Part shown: in pieces, positions 46,850 to 59,703 of the stretch | Position numbering within the stretch: the first letter of the stretch is position 1 | How the letters are laid out: each line of letters opens with the position of its first letter | Source: Mobula hypostoma | Taxonomy: Eukaryota | NCBI RefSeq assembly: GCF_963921235.1 | Contig: NC_086108.1 | Span: forward strand, 82,152,001-82,212,000 | DNA length: 60,000 bases | Direction: 5' to 3' | The notes under the pieces: model-generated | What the model saw: the letters and a program-made list of their open reading frames with translations, nothing else | Told to the model about the DNA's origin: nothing | Database searches by the model: none | Made by a program: the position numbers and the translations under genes

Positions 46850-48285
46850 TAATAAGATACAGGACCAGAATTAGGCCATTTGGCCTGTCGCATTTGCTTT
46901 GCCATTTCATGATGGCTAATCCATATATTCCTCTCAGCCACGATCTCCTGCCTTCTCCCCATATCCCTCCATGCCCCGACCAGTCAAGAATCTATCAACC
47001 TTTGCCTTAAATATACATAAAGACTTGCCTTCCACAGCTGCCTGTGGCAAAGAATTCCACAGATTCACTACTCTCTGACTGAAGAAATTCCTCATCATCT
47101 CTGTTCTAAAGGGACACCCCTCTGTTCTGAGGCTGTGTCCTCTGGTCTTAGACTCCCTGACCATAGAAAACATCCTCTCCACATCCACTCTATCAAGGCC
47201 TTTGACCACTCGGTAGGTTTCAATGAGGTCACCCCTCATTCTTCTGAATTCTAATGAATACAGGCCCAGAGCCATCAAATGCTCTTCATATGACAAGCCA
47301 TTCAATCCTGGAATCATTTTTGTGAACCTCCTTTGAACCCTCTCCAGTTTCAACACATCCTTTCTAAGATAAAGAGCCCAAACCTGCTCACAATACTCCA
47401 AGTGAGGCCTCACCAGTGCTTTATGAAGTCTCAATATTACATCCATGCTTTTATATTCTCATCCTCTTGAAATGAATGCTAACATTGCATTTACCTTTCT
47501 TACCATAGACTCAAATTGCAAATTAACCTTTCGGGAATCCTGCACAAGGACTTCCAAGTCCCCTTGCACCTCAGTTTTTTGTATTTCCTCCATTTAGAAA
47601 ATAGTCAACCCTTTCATTTCTTCTACCAAAGTTCAAAACCAACACTGTATTACATCTGCAAACAACAGGAATTCTGCAGATGCTGGAAATTCAAGCAACA
47701 CACATCAAAGTTGCTGGTGAACACAGCAGGCCAGGCAGCATCTCTAGGAAGAGGTACAGTCGACGTTTCAGACCGATACCCTTTGTCAGGACTGTATTAC
47801 ATCTGCCATTTCTTCACCCATTTTCCTAATCTGTTTAAGTCCTTCTATAGCCTCTCTACTTCCTTAAAATTACCTGCCCCTCTTCATATCTTCATATCAT
47901 CTGCAAACTTTGCAACAAAGCCATCAATTCCATCATCCAAATCATTAACATATAACAAAAAAGAATCAGTCCCAACACAGGCCCCTATGGACACCACTAG
48001 TCACCAGCAGCCAGCCAGAAAAGGCTCCCTTTACTCCCACTCTTTGCCTCCTGCCAATCAGCCACTACTTTATCCATGCTAGAATCTTTACTGTAATACC
48101 ATGGGCTTGTAGCTGGTTTAGTAGCCTCATGTGTGACAACCTTTCAAGGCCTTCTGAAAGCCCAAGTACACAACATCAACCAATTCTCTTTTGTCTATCC
48201 TGCTTGTTATTTCTTCAAAAATTCCAACAGATTTATCAGGCAAGATTTTCCATTGAGGAAACTATGCTGACTATGGAGTATTTTC
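46850..48285 (-). mobile_element. CR1 LINE 3' part nested in another CR1
   Basis: ORF 46934-47446: LVRPHLEYC, LERVQRRFTKMIP, RGDLIE, FFSQRVVNLWNSLP. Confidence 0.92.
47660..47790 (-). mobile_element. Penelope pLTR insertion inside the nested CR1
   Basis: 16-bp TSD ACTGTATTACATCTGC at 47644-47659 and 47791-47806. Confidence 0.88.
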
Positions 48286-49477
48286 TTTAATAAGGCATTT
48301 GACAAGGTTTCTCATGAAACGTTCATCCAGAAAGTCAGAACGCATGGATCCATGGAAATTTGGATGCATGGATTTGGAATCGGCTATCCTACAGAATGAA
48401 AAGGATGGTAGGGGATGGAGCATATTCTGCATGGAGGTTGGTGACTAGTGGAGTTAGGAAAGGATCTGTTCTTTTTGTGAATTTTTAATAAGTGACTTGG
48501 ATGAGGATGTGGAAGGTTGGGTTAGTAAGTTTGCAGATGACACAAAGGTTGGTGGTGTTGTAGATAGTGTAAAAGGTTGCCTTAGGTTATAACAGGAAAC
48601 TGACAGGATGCCAAGATTGATTGAGAAGTGGCAGATAGAGTTCAATCTGGAAAATTGTGAAACAATACACTTCGGAAGGTTAAACTTGAAGACAAAGTAC
48701 AAGGTTAATGGCAGGATTCTTAGCAATGTGGAAGAACAGTTGAATTTTGGGGTCCATGTCCATAGATCCCTCAAAGTTGCCTTGCTTGATGATAGGGTTG
48801 TTAAGGATTCATATGGTGTATTGGCCTTTGCTAGATGGGAGATTCCATTCAAAACTGTGAGGTAATGTTGCAGAACCACAAGACACTGGTTAGACCAGTC
48901 TTGGAATAATGTGTTCATTTCTGGTCCCTTCATTACAGGAAGGATGAAGAAGATTGACAGAAAATATTTTTTGAGGAAATATTGAGCGTTAAGAGTTTTC
49001 TCTTTGAAGCGGAGGATGAGAAGCTACATGAGAGAGGTGTACAAGATTATGAGAGCCATAGAAAGAGTAGACTGCCATTACCCTTTTCCCAGGGTAACAG
49101 TGGCTAATATCAGAGAATATCCTTTTGAATTGAGTCAAGGAAAATATAGGTGAGATGTCAGGGGTAGTTTTTTTTTAAAACACAAAGTGCGTAGAGTGCC
49201 TGGAATACATTGTTGGGGGGGGTGGAGTGGGTAGAGGCAGATACTTTGGGGACATTGAAGAGACTCTTAGGTAGGCACATGGATGAAAAGAAAAATGGAG
49301 GGTTATAGACTGTGTAGGAGGGAAGGATGAGATTGATTGTGGAGGTTGGTGCTACATGATGGGCTGAATGGCCCTTACTGGCCTGTACTGCTCAATTAAA
49401 ACTCTAATGTGGCACAATAGGTAGAGCTGCTACCACACAACTCCAGTAACTGGGTTCAGTCCTGGCCTCCTGTTGTG

Positions 49478-50732
49478 TCATAAGAGTCATAGGACACTAC
49501 AGCACAGAAACAGCCCTTTGGCCCATCTAGTCTGTGCCAAACTATTAATCTGCCTAGTCCCATTGACCCGCACGTGGACCATAGCCTTCCATACCCCTCC
49601 CATCCCATACCCCTCCCATCCATGTACCCATTCAAATTTCTCTTCAACTTTGAAATTGACCCCGCATCCACCTCTTCTGCTGGCATCTCATTCCACACTC
49701 TCACCACCTTCTGAGTGAAGACATTTCCCTCATGTTCTCTTTATACATTTCACCTTTCACCCTTAACCTATGATCTCTAGTTCTAGTCTCACCCAATCTC
49801 AATTGAAAAAGCCTGCTTACATTTACCCTATCTATACCCCTCATAATTTTGTATACCTCTATCAAATCTCCCCTCATTCTTCTATGCTGTAGGGACTAAA
49901 GCTCTAACCTATTCAGCCTATCCCTATAACTCAGGTCCTCAAGTCCAGGCAACATCCTGGTAAATTTTCTCTGCACTCTTTCAATCTTATTTACATCTTT
50001 CCTGGTAGGTAGGTGCCCAAAACTGCACACGATACTCCAAAATTTGCCTCACTAGCATGTTATACAACTTTAGCATAACATTCCAACTCCTGTACTCAGT
50101 ACTTTGATTTACGAAGGCCAATATGCCAAAAGCTTTCTTTGCAAAACTTTTTACCTATGACACCACTCACAAGGAATTATGGATCTGTATTCCCAGATCC
50201 CTTTGTTTCACTGCACTCCTCAGTACCCCACTGCTCACCACATTAGTACTACCCCGGTTGGTCCTCCCAAAGTGCAAGAGCTCACACCTGTCTGCATTCA
50301 ATTCCATCTGCCACTTTTTGACTGATTTGTCCAGCTGGTCCAGATTGTTCTACAAGCTTTGATAGCCTTCCTCACTGTGCACTTGGTGTCATCGGCAAAT
50401 TTGCTGATCTAGTTTACCACATTATCATCCAGATCATTGATATAGATGTCAAACAGCAATGGACCCAGCACCGATTCCTCCAGCATGCCACTAGTCACAA
50501 ACATCCAATCAGAGAGGAAACCATCTACTACCACTCTCTGGCTTCTCCAGTGATGCCAATGTCTAATCCAATTTACTGCGTCATTTTGAATGCCAAGCGA
50601 CTGAACCTTTTTGACCAACCTCCGATGTGGGATCCTGCTGAAGTCCATGTAGTCAGCGTTCACTGCCTTGCCTTCATCAACTTTACTGGTAATTTCCTAG
50701 GAAAACTCTGTAAGATTGGTTAGATAGGACCT
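49478..50732 (-). mobile_element. CR1 LINE 3' part inserted in a V-SINE (49408-49477 and 50733-50960)
   Basis: YMDFS, SVLGPLLFDIYINDLD, RVWNEMP; SINE B-box GGTTCAGTCC to the left and V-domain to the right. Confidence 0.85.
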
Positions 50733-50999
50733 ATGTGTTGTATGGAGTTTGCACATTCTGTCCCTAAAATCTCCCACAGCTATGTGGGTTGGCAGGCTCT
50801 GCGGCTGCAACTGAGTGGTAGAATCTTCCATCTATCTGTATATTAATTATTTGCGTGAGAGTTGATGGGATGAAGGGGTTTTGGATTGCATGGAAAATCC
50901 TCGGGACAATGGAATTATTCAGTGAGCTGGCATAGACTGAATGGGCCGAAAGTGCCTCGTATGTGTAAAGAAATACGCAAGATATTTGGAAAACTGATC

Positions 51000-51313
51000 T
51001 GCGTCGGAGACGTGTAACCCAAGGTGCAATATCAGCGAAAGTTATCACCGTGAGTAAGGACCATTAAATCTATCTCAAAGAAGCGAATAAATCACATGTA
51101 AGAGAGGAGACTCTTGCGCCTGTTTAGCCAAATCTAAATTGTCAACATATCACAGGCGGGTGTAGATTAATTGTTAAAGCTGTAAACGGGAAGAATCTGA
51201 CTGCGGTCACGTCACTGGGAAACCCCACATACCTGGGCAGCAGCATACGGGACGTTTGCGTACAGAGAGCAGAAAGATTAGGAAAAGGGATTTTTCCCCC
51301 TTTTGAACCGGAG
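51000..51313 (+). promoter_or_regulatory. Putative TTC22 promoter/5'UTR (CpG-enriched; CRE/E-box-like CACGTCA; kB-like GGGAAACCCC at 51217-51226)
   Basis: Unique, CpG-retaining sequence directly upstream of the ATG. Confidence 0.45.
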
Positions 51314-51889
51314 ATGGGGGAATCTCCAGATCAGGACATTGAGATCCTCATTAAGGAGATGGACTACATCCCGGGCCACTTCCACCTGGAACTGAATTTG
51401 AACTCCGAGCTGGAGCAACCGGAGCGGCTGCGGCGGAGGGACGGGCAGCTGAAGCGGGAGAGCCTGAGGCAGGAGATGCCGCATCCAGCCCAGCGCTTCG
51501 CCCATCGCAACCTGCTCGGCGTCTTCGCTTTCCACCTGGACGAGTACCAAGCGGCCGAGGAGCTCTTCTCCAGCGTTTGCCAAGAGGAACCGGGCAATCT
51601 CAATGCTTGGGCCAACCTGGCCTACGTGTATGACCGGCTGGAGAGGGAAGGGCTGGCGGCCAGCTGCGTGGAGCGGCTGTCTCGGCTTATGGGGCTGAAG
51701 CGGGGCGAAGAGGGCGAAGAGGGCGAGGACTCCGAGTCCTTGCTCCCGCTCCGCGCCGCCCGCTGCATAGCCGAACACGCCTTCGCCAGCGCGTTCGACG
51801 TGGGACTGCAGAGCGAGGAAGATCACGCCTGCAAATTGCGCACAGCCATCAGGCTCTACGACAAAGCTTTGACATACGGCAGGGACCAG
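51314..51889 (+). CDS. TTC22: Tetratricopeptide repeat protein 22, coding exon 1
   Basis: MDYIPGHFHLELNLN, RNLLGVFAFHL, PGNLNAWANLAYVY and RAARCIAEHAFA motifs typical of TTC22; GC/CpG-rich; donor CAG|GTGAGC; 576 nt. Confidence 0.95.
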
Positions 51890-52611
51890 GTGAGCGAAAG
51901 TCAGCCACCTTGCTCCACTCGGTGAAGAGTGTGCCGGCACAACCCAGGAGCCCCGCGCAGGGTCTGTGCACTCCAGTCCTGATGCGGGGTTTCGATCGAA
52001 ATGTCAATTCCTTTCCTCACACCGATGCTGCTCGACACACTTGGTTCCTCCAGCAGCTTGCTTGTTGCTCCAACAAACCACCCTCCCCCGTTCATTTTAT
52101 ATTTTAAAGAAGTTTCACAATAATATTACAGGTAAAATGTTGAAGATTCTGCATCACATTTCCCCACAAATACACCATTCATCCTCAGCTAAGTAATGAA
52201 ACTAAACTCATTTAAAAGTTCTGGATTTTTTTTCCAACCTGAAAGTGAGCTGCAAACTTTTCGGGAGGAACTGAATACGTATATTCCCGAGTAGGCAGTA
52301 GGAACGGAGCTGAGAAGTTGGAATGATTAGATAACTTTTTACAATAGCTGGCATTGGCACGACTGGCCAAGTGACCCTCTGTATTGTAGTATTGAAGTAA
52401 TTGTGTTTATGGTCAGACGACACATGAAACAAAATGTGGCAAAAGGTGTATGAGAGTAACCAGAGAGAAGTGGAAGAGAGCTCTGTAGATGCTATGGCCA
52501 AGAAAGCACACTAGTGCCTCAACTTCAGAAGGATGAGGAATTTCAGTATGCCTGTGATGACTCTCCAGTATTTGCAGATCCACTCTAAAAAACATTCTAT
52601 TTGGATGCATT

Positions 52612-52803
52612 CACAAATAAGAAAAAATCTGCAGATGCTGGAAATCCAAGTGATACACACAAAATGCTGGATGAACTCAGCAGGCCAGGCAGTACCTATA
52701 GAAAAAAGTTCAGTCAACGTTTCAGGCCAAGACCCTTTTTCCATACTTTTTTCCATAGATGCTGCCTGGCCTGCTGAGATCCTCCAGCATTTTGTGTGTG
52801 TTA
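52612..52803. mobile_element. Inverted Penelope pLTR mini-element within a Rex1 fragment (TTC22 intron 1)
   Basis: Inverted arms; CTATTTGGATGCAT duplicated on both sides. Confidence 0.82.
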
Positions 52804-53229
52804 CTATTTGGATGCATCACAGCTTGATATGACAATTGCTCTGCTCAAGAGCAGAAGAAATTTCAGAGAGTTGTGAACTCAGCCCAGTCGTGTCATGAAA
52901 ATCAGCCCCCCCCCCCCATTGATACTGTCTATACTTCCCACTGCTTCAGGAAAGCAGGCAACATAGTCAAAGCCCTCCCCTCATCATTCACTTTTCTGCC
53001 TTATCACATTGGGTAGAAGATGCACATACTACCAGACTCAAGGACAACTTCTATCCCGCTGTGATAAGATCCTTTAGCAGACCTCTTGTACCATAATGGT
53101 GAACTTTTGCTCTCTCAATCTATCTTGTCAAAACCCTTGTCCTTTATTTGTCTACCTCCACTGCACTTCATCTATATCGGTAACACTATATTCCACATTT
53201 TGTTCTTCATTTTCCTTCTTACTCTCGAG

Positions 53230-53332
53230 ATGTCCTGATGAAGAGTCTCAGCTCGAAACATCTTCTGTTTGCTCTTTGCCATAGATGCTGCCTGACCTGC
53301 TGAGTTCCTTCAGCATTTTGTGTGTGTTGCTT
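53230..53332 (+). mobile_element. Penelope pLTR fragment with a hammerhead-like core
   Basis: CTGATGA-AGAGTCTCAGCTC-GAAACATC. Confidence 0.7.
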
Positions 53333-53611
53333 TAGATGTACTTCTGTTTGGAATGATCTGTCTTGATGACATGCAAAGGAAAGCTTTCCACTGTATCTTG
53401 GCGTATGTGACAATAATTAACCAATTACCAATAATTGTTCTCTAGTTGACGTACAATCAATGGTATAAACTTAAGCCTTGTGGTATGTATATTTAATAAA
53501 GTATTCTTGAGTTTTCACTGTAAACACGTACTCCAGCAAAACTGTGATGGGTGAAAGGCCAACATACTATACACACAGTAGGTGTTTTATAGTTTTATTT
53601 CTTTATTACAG

Positions 53612-53667
53612 ATACCCTCAGAGGAAAAAAGGAGTTGGTATTTCACAATGGCCACCATGTACATTAG
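53612..53667 (+). CDS. TTC22: TTC22 exon 2 (IPSEEKRSWYFTMATMYI-R)
   Basis: Acceptor tttattacag, donor AG|GTAAGG, 56 nt, in frame with exon 1. Confidence 0.93.
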
Positions 53668-53795
53668 GTAAGGAAAACTAAAAATATCTCCACTTGACCT
53701 GTCAGTACGAATGACATTTACCTGTCTGTGCGTGCCCTTCTAGCTCTCCAATCCTGTTCTTGGTGGCACCTGAATGAGTTTGGTTGTGAGACGAT

Positions 53796-53822
53796 AATTT
53801 AATTTAATTTAATTTAATTTAA
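53796..53822. repeat. (AATTT)n pentanucleotide microsatellite in TTC22 intron 2
   Basis: Directly visible. Confidence 0.9.
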
Positions 53823-53865
53823 GGCAGGAAGTTTTAGCTTTCTTCTCTTGCTTTTCTTCTGGTAG

Positions 53866-53981
53866 ACTGGATGGAATGTTAATGAACAAGGAAACACCTG
53901 CTCAGAGACGCCTGCTGCCTTTCAGTAGAGCTTTGGTGTTACTGCGGGAAGTGCTCGAGTCTGACAGTGCTGAATATCGAG
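53866..53981 (+). CDS. TTC22: TTC22 exon 3 (R-LDGMLMNK...RALVLLREVLESDSAEYR); gene continues beyond the window
   Basis: Pyrimidine tract plus tag acceptor, donor G|GTAGCA, 116 nt, phase compatible. Confidence 0.9.
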
Positions 53982-54661
53982 GTAGCATAACATGCTGTAC
54001 GCTTAGTAGTAAATTGACAAAGAGTATGGAAAGTCATATCAAAGTACCCTGGTAGATCTTTTATTAATTATATTGTTATTACTCCTAACAAAAAGAAACA
54101 TCACAAAACACTGATATCATGAAACTCATTAATTATTACTTCTATTTGCATTTTTATGTCACATACTTTCCTGCTATTTGTTGGAACCACAGCTGATTAG
54201 ATCAGGGGACAAAAGGCAAATTGAAGAGTGAAGATAGTGGTGCCCTGCAGCCCTTGCCGCTCCACTCTGTATTGTTGGTGGGATGAGATAATGGCAAGGG
54301 GTGTTGGATCCGGTCAATGAACTTGGATGTGGTACAGAAACAGGAGCTAAGGAAATTAACAGTTAAGCACAAGAGATTCTTGAAATCCTGAGCAACACAC
54401 ACACAAAATGCTGGAGGAACTCAAAAAGTCAGGCAGCATCTGTGGAGGGAAGAATACAATCATTGTTTTGAGCCGATACCCTTCATCAGGACTGGTTTAT
54501 AAAGATTATCCTATAAAGTGATTTATACATTGTAAGTTTAAATTTCAATAGAGATTTCAGTAGAAATTTGGCAATTGTGTAGTTAAAATTGCCCTGTCAT
54601 TTTATCCACTGGAATCCCACTGCCTTCCTACTGTTACAGGTGGAAATGGAAAGCAGATAGG

Positions 54662-55692
54662 GTCATAGAGTCACAGTAATCTACAGCACAGGAGCAGCCC
54701 TCTGGCACATCTAGTCCGTGCTGAACAATTTAAACTGCCTAGTCCCATCGACCTGCACCCAGACCACAACCCTCCGTACCGCTCCCATCCATGTACCTAT
54801 CCAAACTTTCCTTAAACATTGAAATCAAAATCACATCCACCACTGGTACTGGTGCTTCATCCCACACTCTCACCACCCTCTGAGTGAAGAAGTTTCCCCT
54901 CACATTCTCTGTAAACATTTCACCTTTCATCCTTAACACATGACCACTTGTTGTAGTCTCACCCAACCTCAGTGGAAAAAGCCTGCTTGCATTTACCCTA
55001 TCTATACCCCTCATGATTTTGTATACCTCCATCAAATCTCCCCTCAAACTTCTACACTCTAAGGAATGAAGTCCTAACCTATTCAATCTTTCTGTATAAC
55101 TTGGGTCTTCCAGAACTTGCAACATCCTTGTAAATTTTCTCTGGACACTTTCAATCTTGTTAACATCTTTCCTGTAGGTAGGTGACCAAAACTGCACACA
55201 ATTCTCCAAATTATGCATCATAAATGTCTTATACAACTTCAGCATAACATCCCAACTCCTGTACTCAATTCTTTGATCTATGAAGCCAATGTGACAAAAG
55301 CTTTCTTTATGACACTATCTATCTGTGATGCCACTTTCAATGAATTATAGACCTGTAATCTCAGATCGCTTTGTTTACCACACTCTTTAGTGTTCAACCA
55401 CTCACTGTGTAAGACCTACCCTGGTTGGTCAACACCTTGCACTTGTCTGTTTCTCCACCCGGTCCAGATCCCATTGCAAGCTTTGATAGTCTTCCTCGCT
55501 GTCCAGTACACCCCCAATCTTGGCGTCATCTGCGAATTTGCTGATCCAGTTATCCACATTATCATCTAGATCGTTGATATAAGTGACAAACAGCAGTGGG
55601 CAAGCACCGATCACTGTGGCACTACACAGGCCTCCAGTAATGAGGCAACCATCTATTACCACTCTCTGGTTTCTCCTGCAAAGCCAGTATCT
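54662..55692 (-). mobile_element. CR1 LINE 3' fragment
   Basis: KFADDAKIGG, VQFWSP, RGDLMEVYK. Confidence 0.9.
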
Positions 55693-56031
55693 GTAGTTAG
55701 GATTTTCTCAGCTTCATATTGCTGAACCTCAGGGAGTTGCTACCCACCTGGGTTCCTGCAATTTGTGTTCCAGTTCATAACTGGTCCAAATCGGTAAGTA
55801 CATGGTGACCTGGCTATTCCAGGACTTGAGCCCAGAAAACCCCTTAATGCATTTTTCTTTAAATAAACAAACAATTATATTTCATTTCTAATCCACCCTG
55901 AATAGGAACATAATCTGTGTGTTGTATGACTACAATACATAGCTATAATTTCCAAAGTGAGAGAATCTAATGCTGTCTGCCATCGGTTAAGTCCACCCTG
56001 TCATGTTCAGGGTTCCAAATAAATTTTGCTT

Positions 56032-58533
56032 CATAAGACCATAACACAAAGGAGCAGAAGTCGGCTATTCGGTCCATCGAGTCTGCTCCGCCATTTTATC
56101 ATCATCTGATCCATTCTTCCATTTAGTCCCACTCCCCTGCCTTCTCACCATAACCTTTGATGCCCTGGCTACTCAGATACCTATCAACCTCTGCCGTAAA
56201 TACACCCAATGACTTGACCTCCACTGCTGCCCATGGCAACAAATTCCATAGATTCACCACCCTCTGACTAAAAACATTTCTTTGCATTTCTGTTCTGAAC
56301 AGGCGCCCTTCAATCCTTAAGTCATGCCCTCTCGTACTAGACTCCCCCATCAAGGGAAACAACTTTGCCACATCCACTCTGTCCATGCCTTTCAACATTC
56401 GAAATGTTTCTATGAGGTCTCCCCTCATTCTTCTAAACTCCAAGGAATACAGTCCAAGAGCGGACAAACGTTCCTCATATGTTAACTCTCTCATTCTCGG
56501 AATCATTCTAGTGAATCTTCTCTGTACCCTCTCCAACGTCAGCACATCCTTTCTTAAATAAGGAGACCAAAACTGCCCACAGTACTCCAAGTGAGGTCTC
56601 ACCAGCACCTTATAGAGCCCCAACATCACAACCCTGCTCCTATACTCTATTCCTCTAGAAATGAATGCCAACATTGCATTTGCCTTCTTCACTACCAACT
56701 CGACCTGGAGGTTAACCTTAAGAGTATCCTGTACGAGGACTCCCCAAGTCCCGTTGCATCTCAAAACTTTGAATTCTTTCCCTATTTAAATAACAGTCTG
56801 CCCGTTTATTTCTTCTGCCAAAGTGCATAACCATACACTTTCCAACATTGTATTTCATTTGCCACTTCTCTGCCCATTCTTCCAATCTATCCAAGTCTCT
56901 CTGCAGACAATCTGTTTCCTCAGCATTACCGGCCCCTTCACCTATCTTCGTATCGTCAGCAAACTTAGCCACAAAGCCATCTATTCCATAATCCAAATCG
57001 TTGATGTACAATGTAAAAAGAAGTGGCCCCAACACGGACCCCTGTGGAACACCACTGGTAACCAGCAGCCAACCAGAATAGGATCTCTTTATTCCCACTC
57101 TCTGTTTTCTGCCAATCAGCCAACGCTGTATCCACATATGCAATTTTCCTGTAATTCCATGGGCTCTTATCTTGTTAAGTAGCTTCATGTGTGGCACCTT
57201 GTCAAAGGCCTTCTGAAAATCCAAACATACAACATCCACTGCATCTCCCTTGTCTAGCCTACTGGTAATTTCCTCAAAAAATTGTAACAGGTTTGTCAGG
57301 CAGGATTTTCCTTTAAGGAATCCATGCTGAGTTCTGCCTATCTTGTCATATGCCTCCAGGTACTCCATAACCTCATCCTTGACAATCGACTCCCAACAAC
57401 TTCCCAACCACCGATGTCAAGCTAACAGGTCTATAATTTCCTTTTTGCTTCCTTGCCCCTTCTTAAATAGCGGAGTGACATTTGCAATCTTCCAGTCCTC
57501 CGGAACCATGCCAGAATCTATCGACTTTTGAAAGATCATCGCTAATGCCTCCGCAATCTCCACAGCTACTTCCTTCAGAACACGGGGGTGCATTCCATCT
57601 GGTCCAGGAGATTTATCTACCTTCAGACTATTCAGCTTCCTGAGTACTTTCTCTGTAGTAATTGTGACTGCGCACACTTCTCTTCCCTGCCACCCTTGAG
57701 TGTCCAGTATACTGCTGATGTCTTCCTCAGTGAAGACTGATGCAAAATACTCATTCAGTTCCTCTGCCATCTCCTTATCTCCCATTACAATTTCTCCAGC
57801 ATCATTTTCTATTGGTCCTATATCTACTCTCACCTATCTTTTACTCTTCATATACTTGAAAAAGCTTTTAGTATCCTCTGTGATATTATTTGCTAGCTTC
57901 CTTTCATAGTTAATCTTTTCCCTCTTAATGACCTTCTTAATTTCCTTTTGTAAGGTTTTAGAAACTTCCCAATCCTCTGTCTTCCCACTAATTTTTGCTT
58001 CCTTGTATGCCCTCTCCTTTGCTTTAACTTTGACTTTGACTTCTCTTGTCAACCACGGTTGCATCCTTTTTCCATTTGAAAATTTCTTTTTTGGAATATA
58101 CCTGTCTTGCACCTTCCTCACTTCTCGCATAAACTCCAGCCACTGCTGCTCTGCCGTCTTTCCCACCAGTGTCCCTTTCCAGTCAACTTTGGCCAGTTCC
58201 TCTCTCATGCCACTGTAATTTCCTTTACTCCGCTGAAATACTGACACATCAGATTTCGGCTTCTCTTTTTCAAATTTCACAGTGCACTCAATCATGTTAT
58301 GATCACTGTCTCCTAAGGGTTCCTTCACCTCAATCTCTCTAATCACCTCCGGTTCATTACACAATACCCAATCCAGTACAGCCGATCCCCTAGTGGGCTC
58401 AACAACAAGCTGTTCTAAAAAGCCATCTCGCAGACATTCTACAAATTCTCTCTCTTGAGATCCAGTGCCAACCTGATTTTCCCAATCCACTCGCAAGTTA
58501 AAATTCCCCACAATTATCATAACACTGCCCTTC
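56032..58533 (-). mobile_element. Relatively young 5'-truncated CR1 LINE (2.5 kb of ORF2) in TTC22 intron 3
   Basis: Long ORFs 57834-58574, 57417-57833, 56718-57407 and 56123-56764 with SDHN, QHGF, DFQKAFDKV, GVPQGSVLGP, FADDTK. Confidence 0.95.
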
Positions 58534-58759
58534 ATGTTGCTGGAAGTGAAAATTACTGATGTTGTGATGTGCAAAACTGTATAATGGGAACAGAGTAAAT
58601 GGGGAATATAATTCTGGACCTTGGATTGCTAGTGTGAAAACAGTGAAGTTATTGCATTGGTATTTATTAATTCAATATTATGTGGGTGTTTCCAATGCGG
58701 ATCAGGGGGAAATGGTATTGATATAGAAACAGAGCTGGAAGTGGGCAAAAGAACTTCCA

Positions 58760-59495
58760 AATCTTCTGCTGTGGAGAGAGTGAAGAGCAAAAAGTTCCTT
58801 GATCTGCACATATGGGTGATCTTATCTGGACCCACAACCTCCTCACTAGAGAAGAAGGCACAACAGTGTCTACATCTTCTGAGGAGATTGAGGTGTGCAA
58901 GGCTCCCTGTCCCCATTTGAACAACTTTCTACAGGAGCACCATCAAGAGTGTCCCATCTGACTGCATCATTGTATGATAAGGAAGCTGCAAGGCATCAGA
59001 CCACAAGACCCTATAGTGGACAGTAAAAACCGTGGAGAGGATCATCGGGGTCTCCCTCCCTCCCCCCTCCATTGGTGACATATACCAAGAGCATAGCAGA
59101 CGAAGGGCCCAAAGCATTGTTGAGGATCCCTACCACGCATCCCACAATCTCTTTGACTCACTACCCTCAGGAAGGAGGTACAGAAGCATCAGGACTAGGA
59201 CTGCCAGACTGGGTAACAGCTTCTTCCATCAGGCAGTGAGATTAATGAACACCCTGCCACCACCGAGGTCTCGTCACTAGGACAGCAAGCTTCTTACTTT
59301 ACTGTTTCCTGTTTACCTGTGCTGCTCTTTACAACATGCCTCTTGAATTATATGTTTCAACTTACTTATAGTATAATATTTCGGTTTATGTGCTGTGTGT
59401 GATATATGTTGTGTGGATGTACCGTGGTCTGGAGGAACGTTGTTCCATTTGGTGGTACTGTGCATATGTACAATCGGATTACAATGAACTTGAAC
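58760..59495 (+). mobile_element. Rex1-type LINE 3' fragment
   Basis: KKAQQCLHLLRRL, LPSGRRYRSI, NSFFHQAVRL; (TGAACT)n tail. Confidence 0.85.
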
Positions 59496-59637
59496 TTCAA
59501 ACAATCAAAATTGATAGAAAATGAATGTATACTTGTAATAAACAACAGGAATTCTGCAGATGCTGGAAATTCAAGCAACATACATCAAAGTTGCTGGTGA
59601 ACGCAGCAGGCCAAGCAGCATCTATAGGAAGAGGCGC

Positions 59638-59673
59638 AGTCGACGTTTCAGGCCGAGACCCTTCGTCAGGACT
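59638..59673 (-). ncRNA. Minimal type-I hammerhead ribozyme motif (mirror copy)
   Basis: Exact reverse complement of 59704-59739. Confidence 0.7.
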
Positions 59674-59703
59674 AACTGAAGGAAGTTCACTCTTCCTTCA
59701 GTT

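Larger units (their letters stand above)
45950..49395 (+). mobile_element. Decayed CR1 ORF2, split by an antisense CR1 at about 46850-48285
   Basis: EPWLTR, NEYFASVFT, ANVVPL, MDS/KAFDK interrupted, KFADDTK, CR1 3' end. Confidence 0.85.

Noticed and set aside
51049..51313. Possible 5'UTR intron of TTC22 (CC|GTGAGT donor, pyrimidine run before the ATG)
   Set aside because: The only acceptor is a rare GAG and there is no independent support.
51278..51940. 220-aa minus-strand ORF
   Set aside because: Antisense shadow of the GC-rich TTC22 exon 1.
55700..55800. Donor-like CG|GTAAGT near 55793 as a possible TTC22 exon 4
   Set aside because: The translation does not resemble the expected ALAWCYLG-type continuation; exon 4 probably lies beyond the window.
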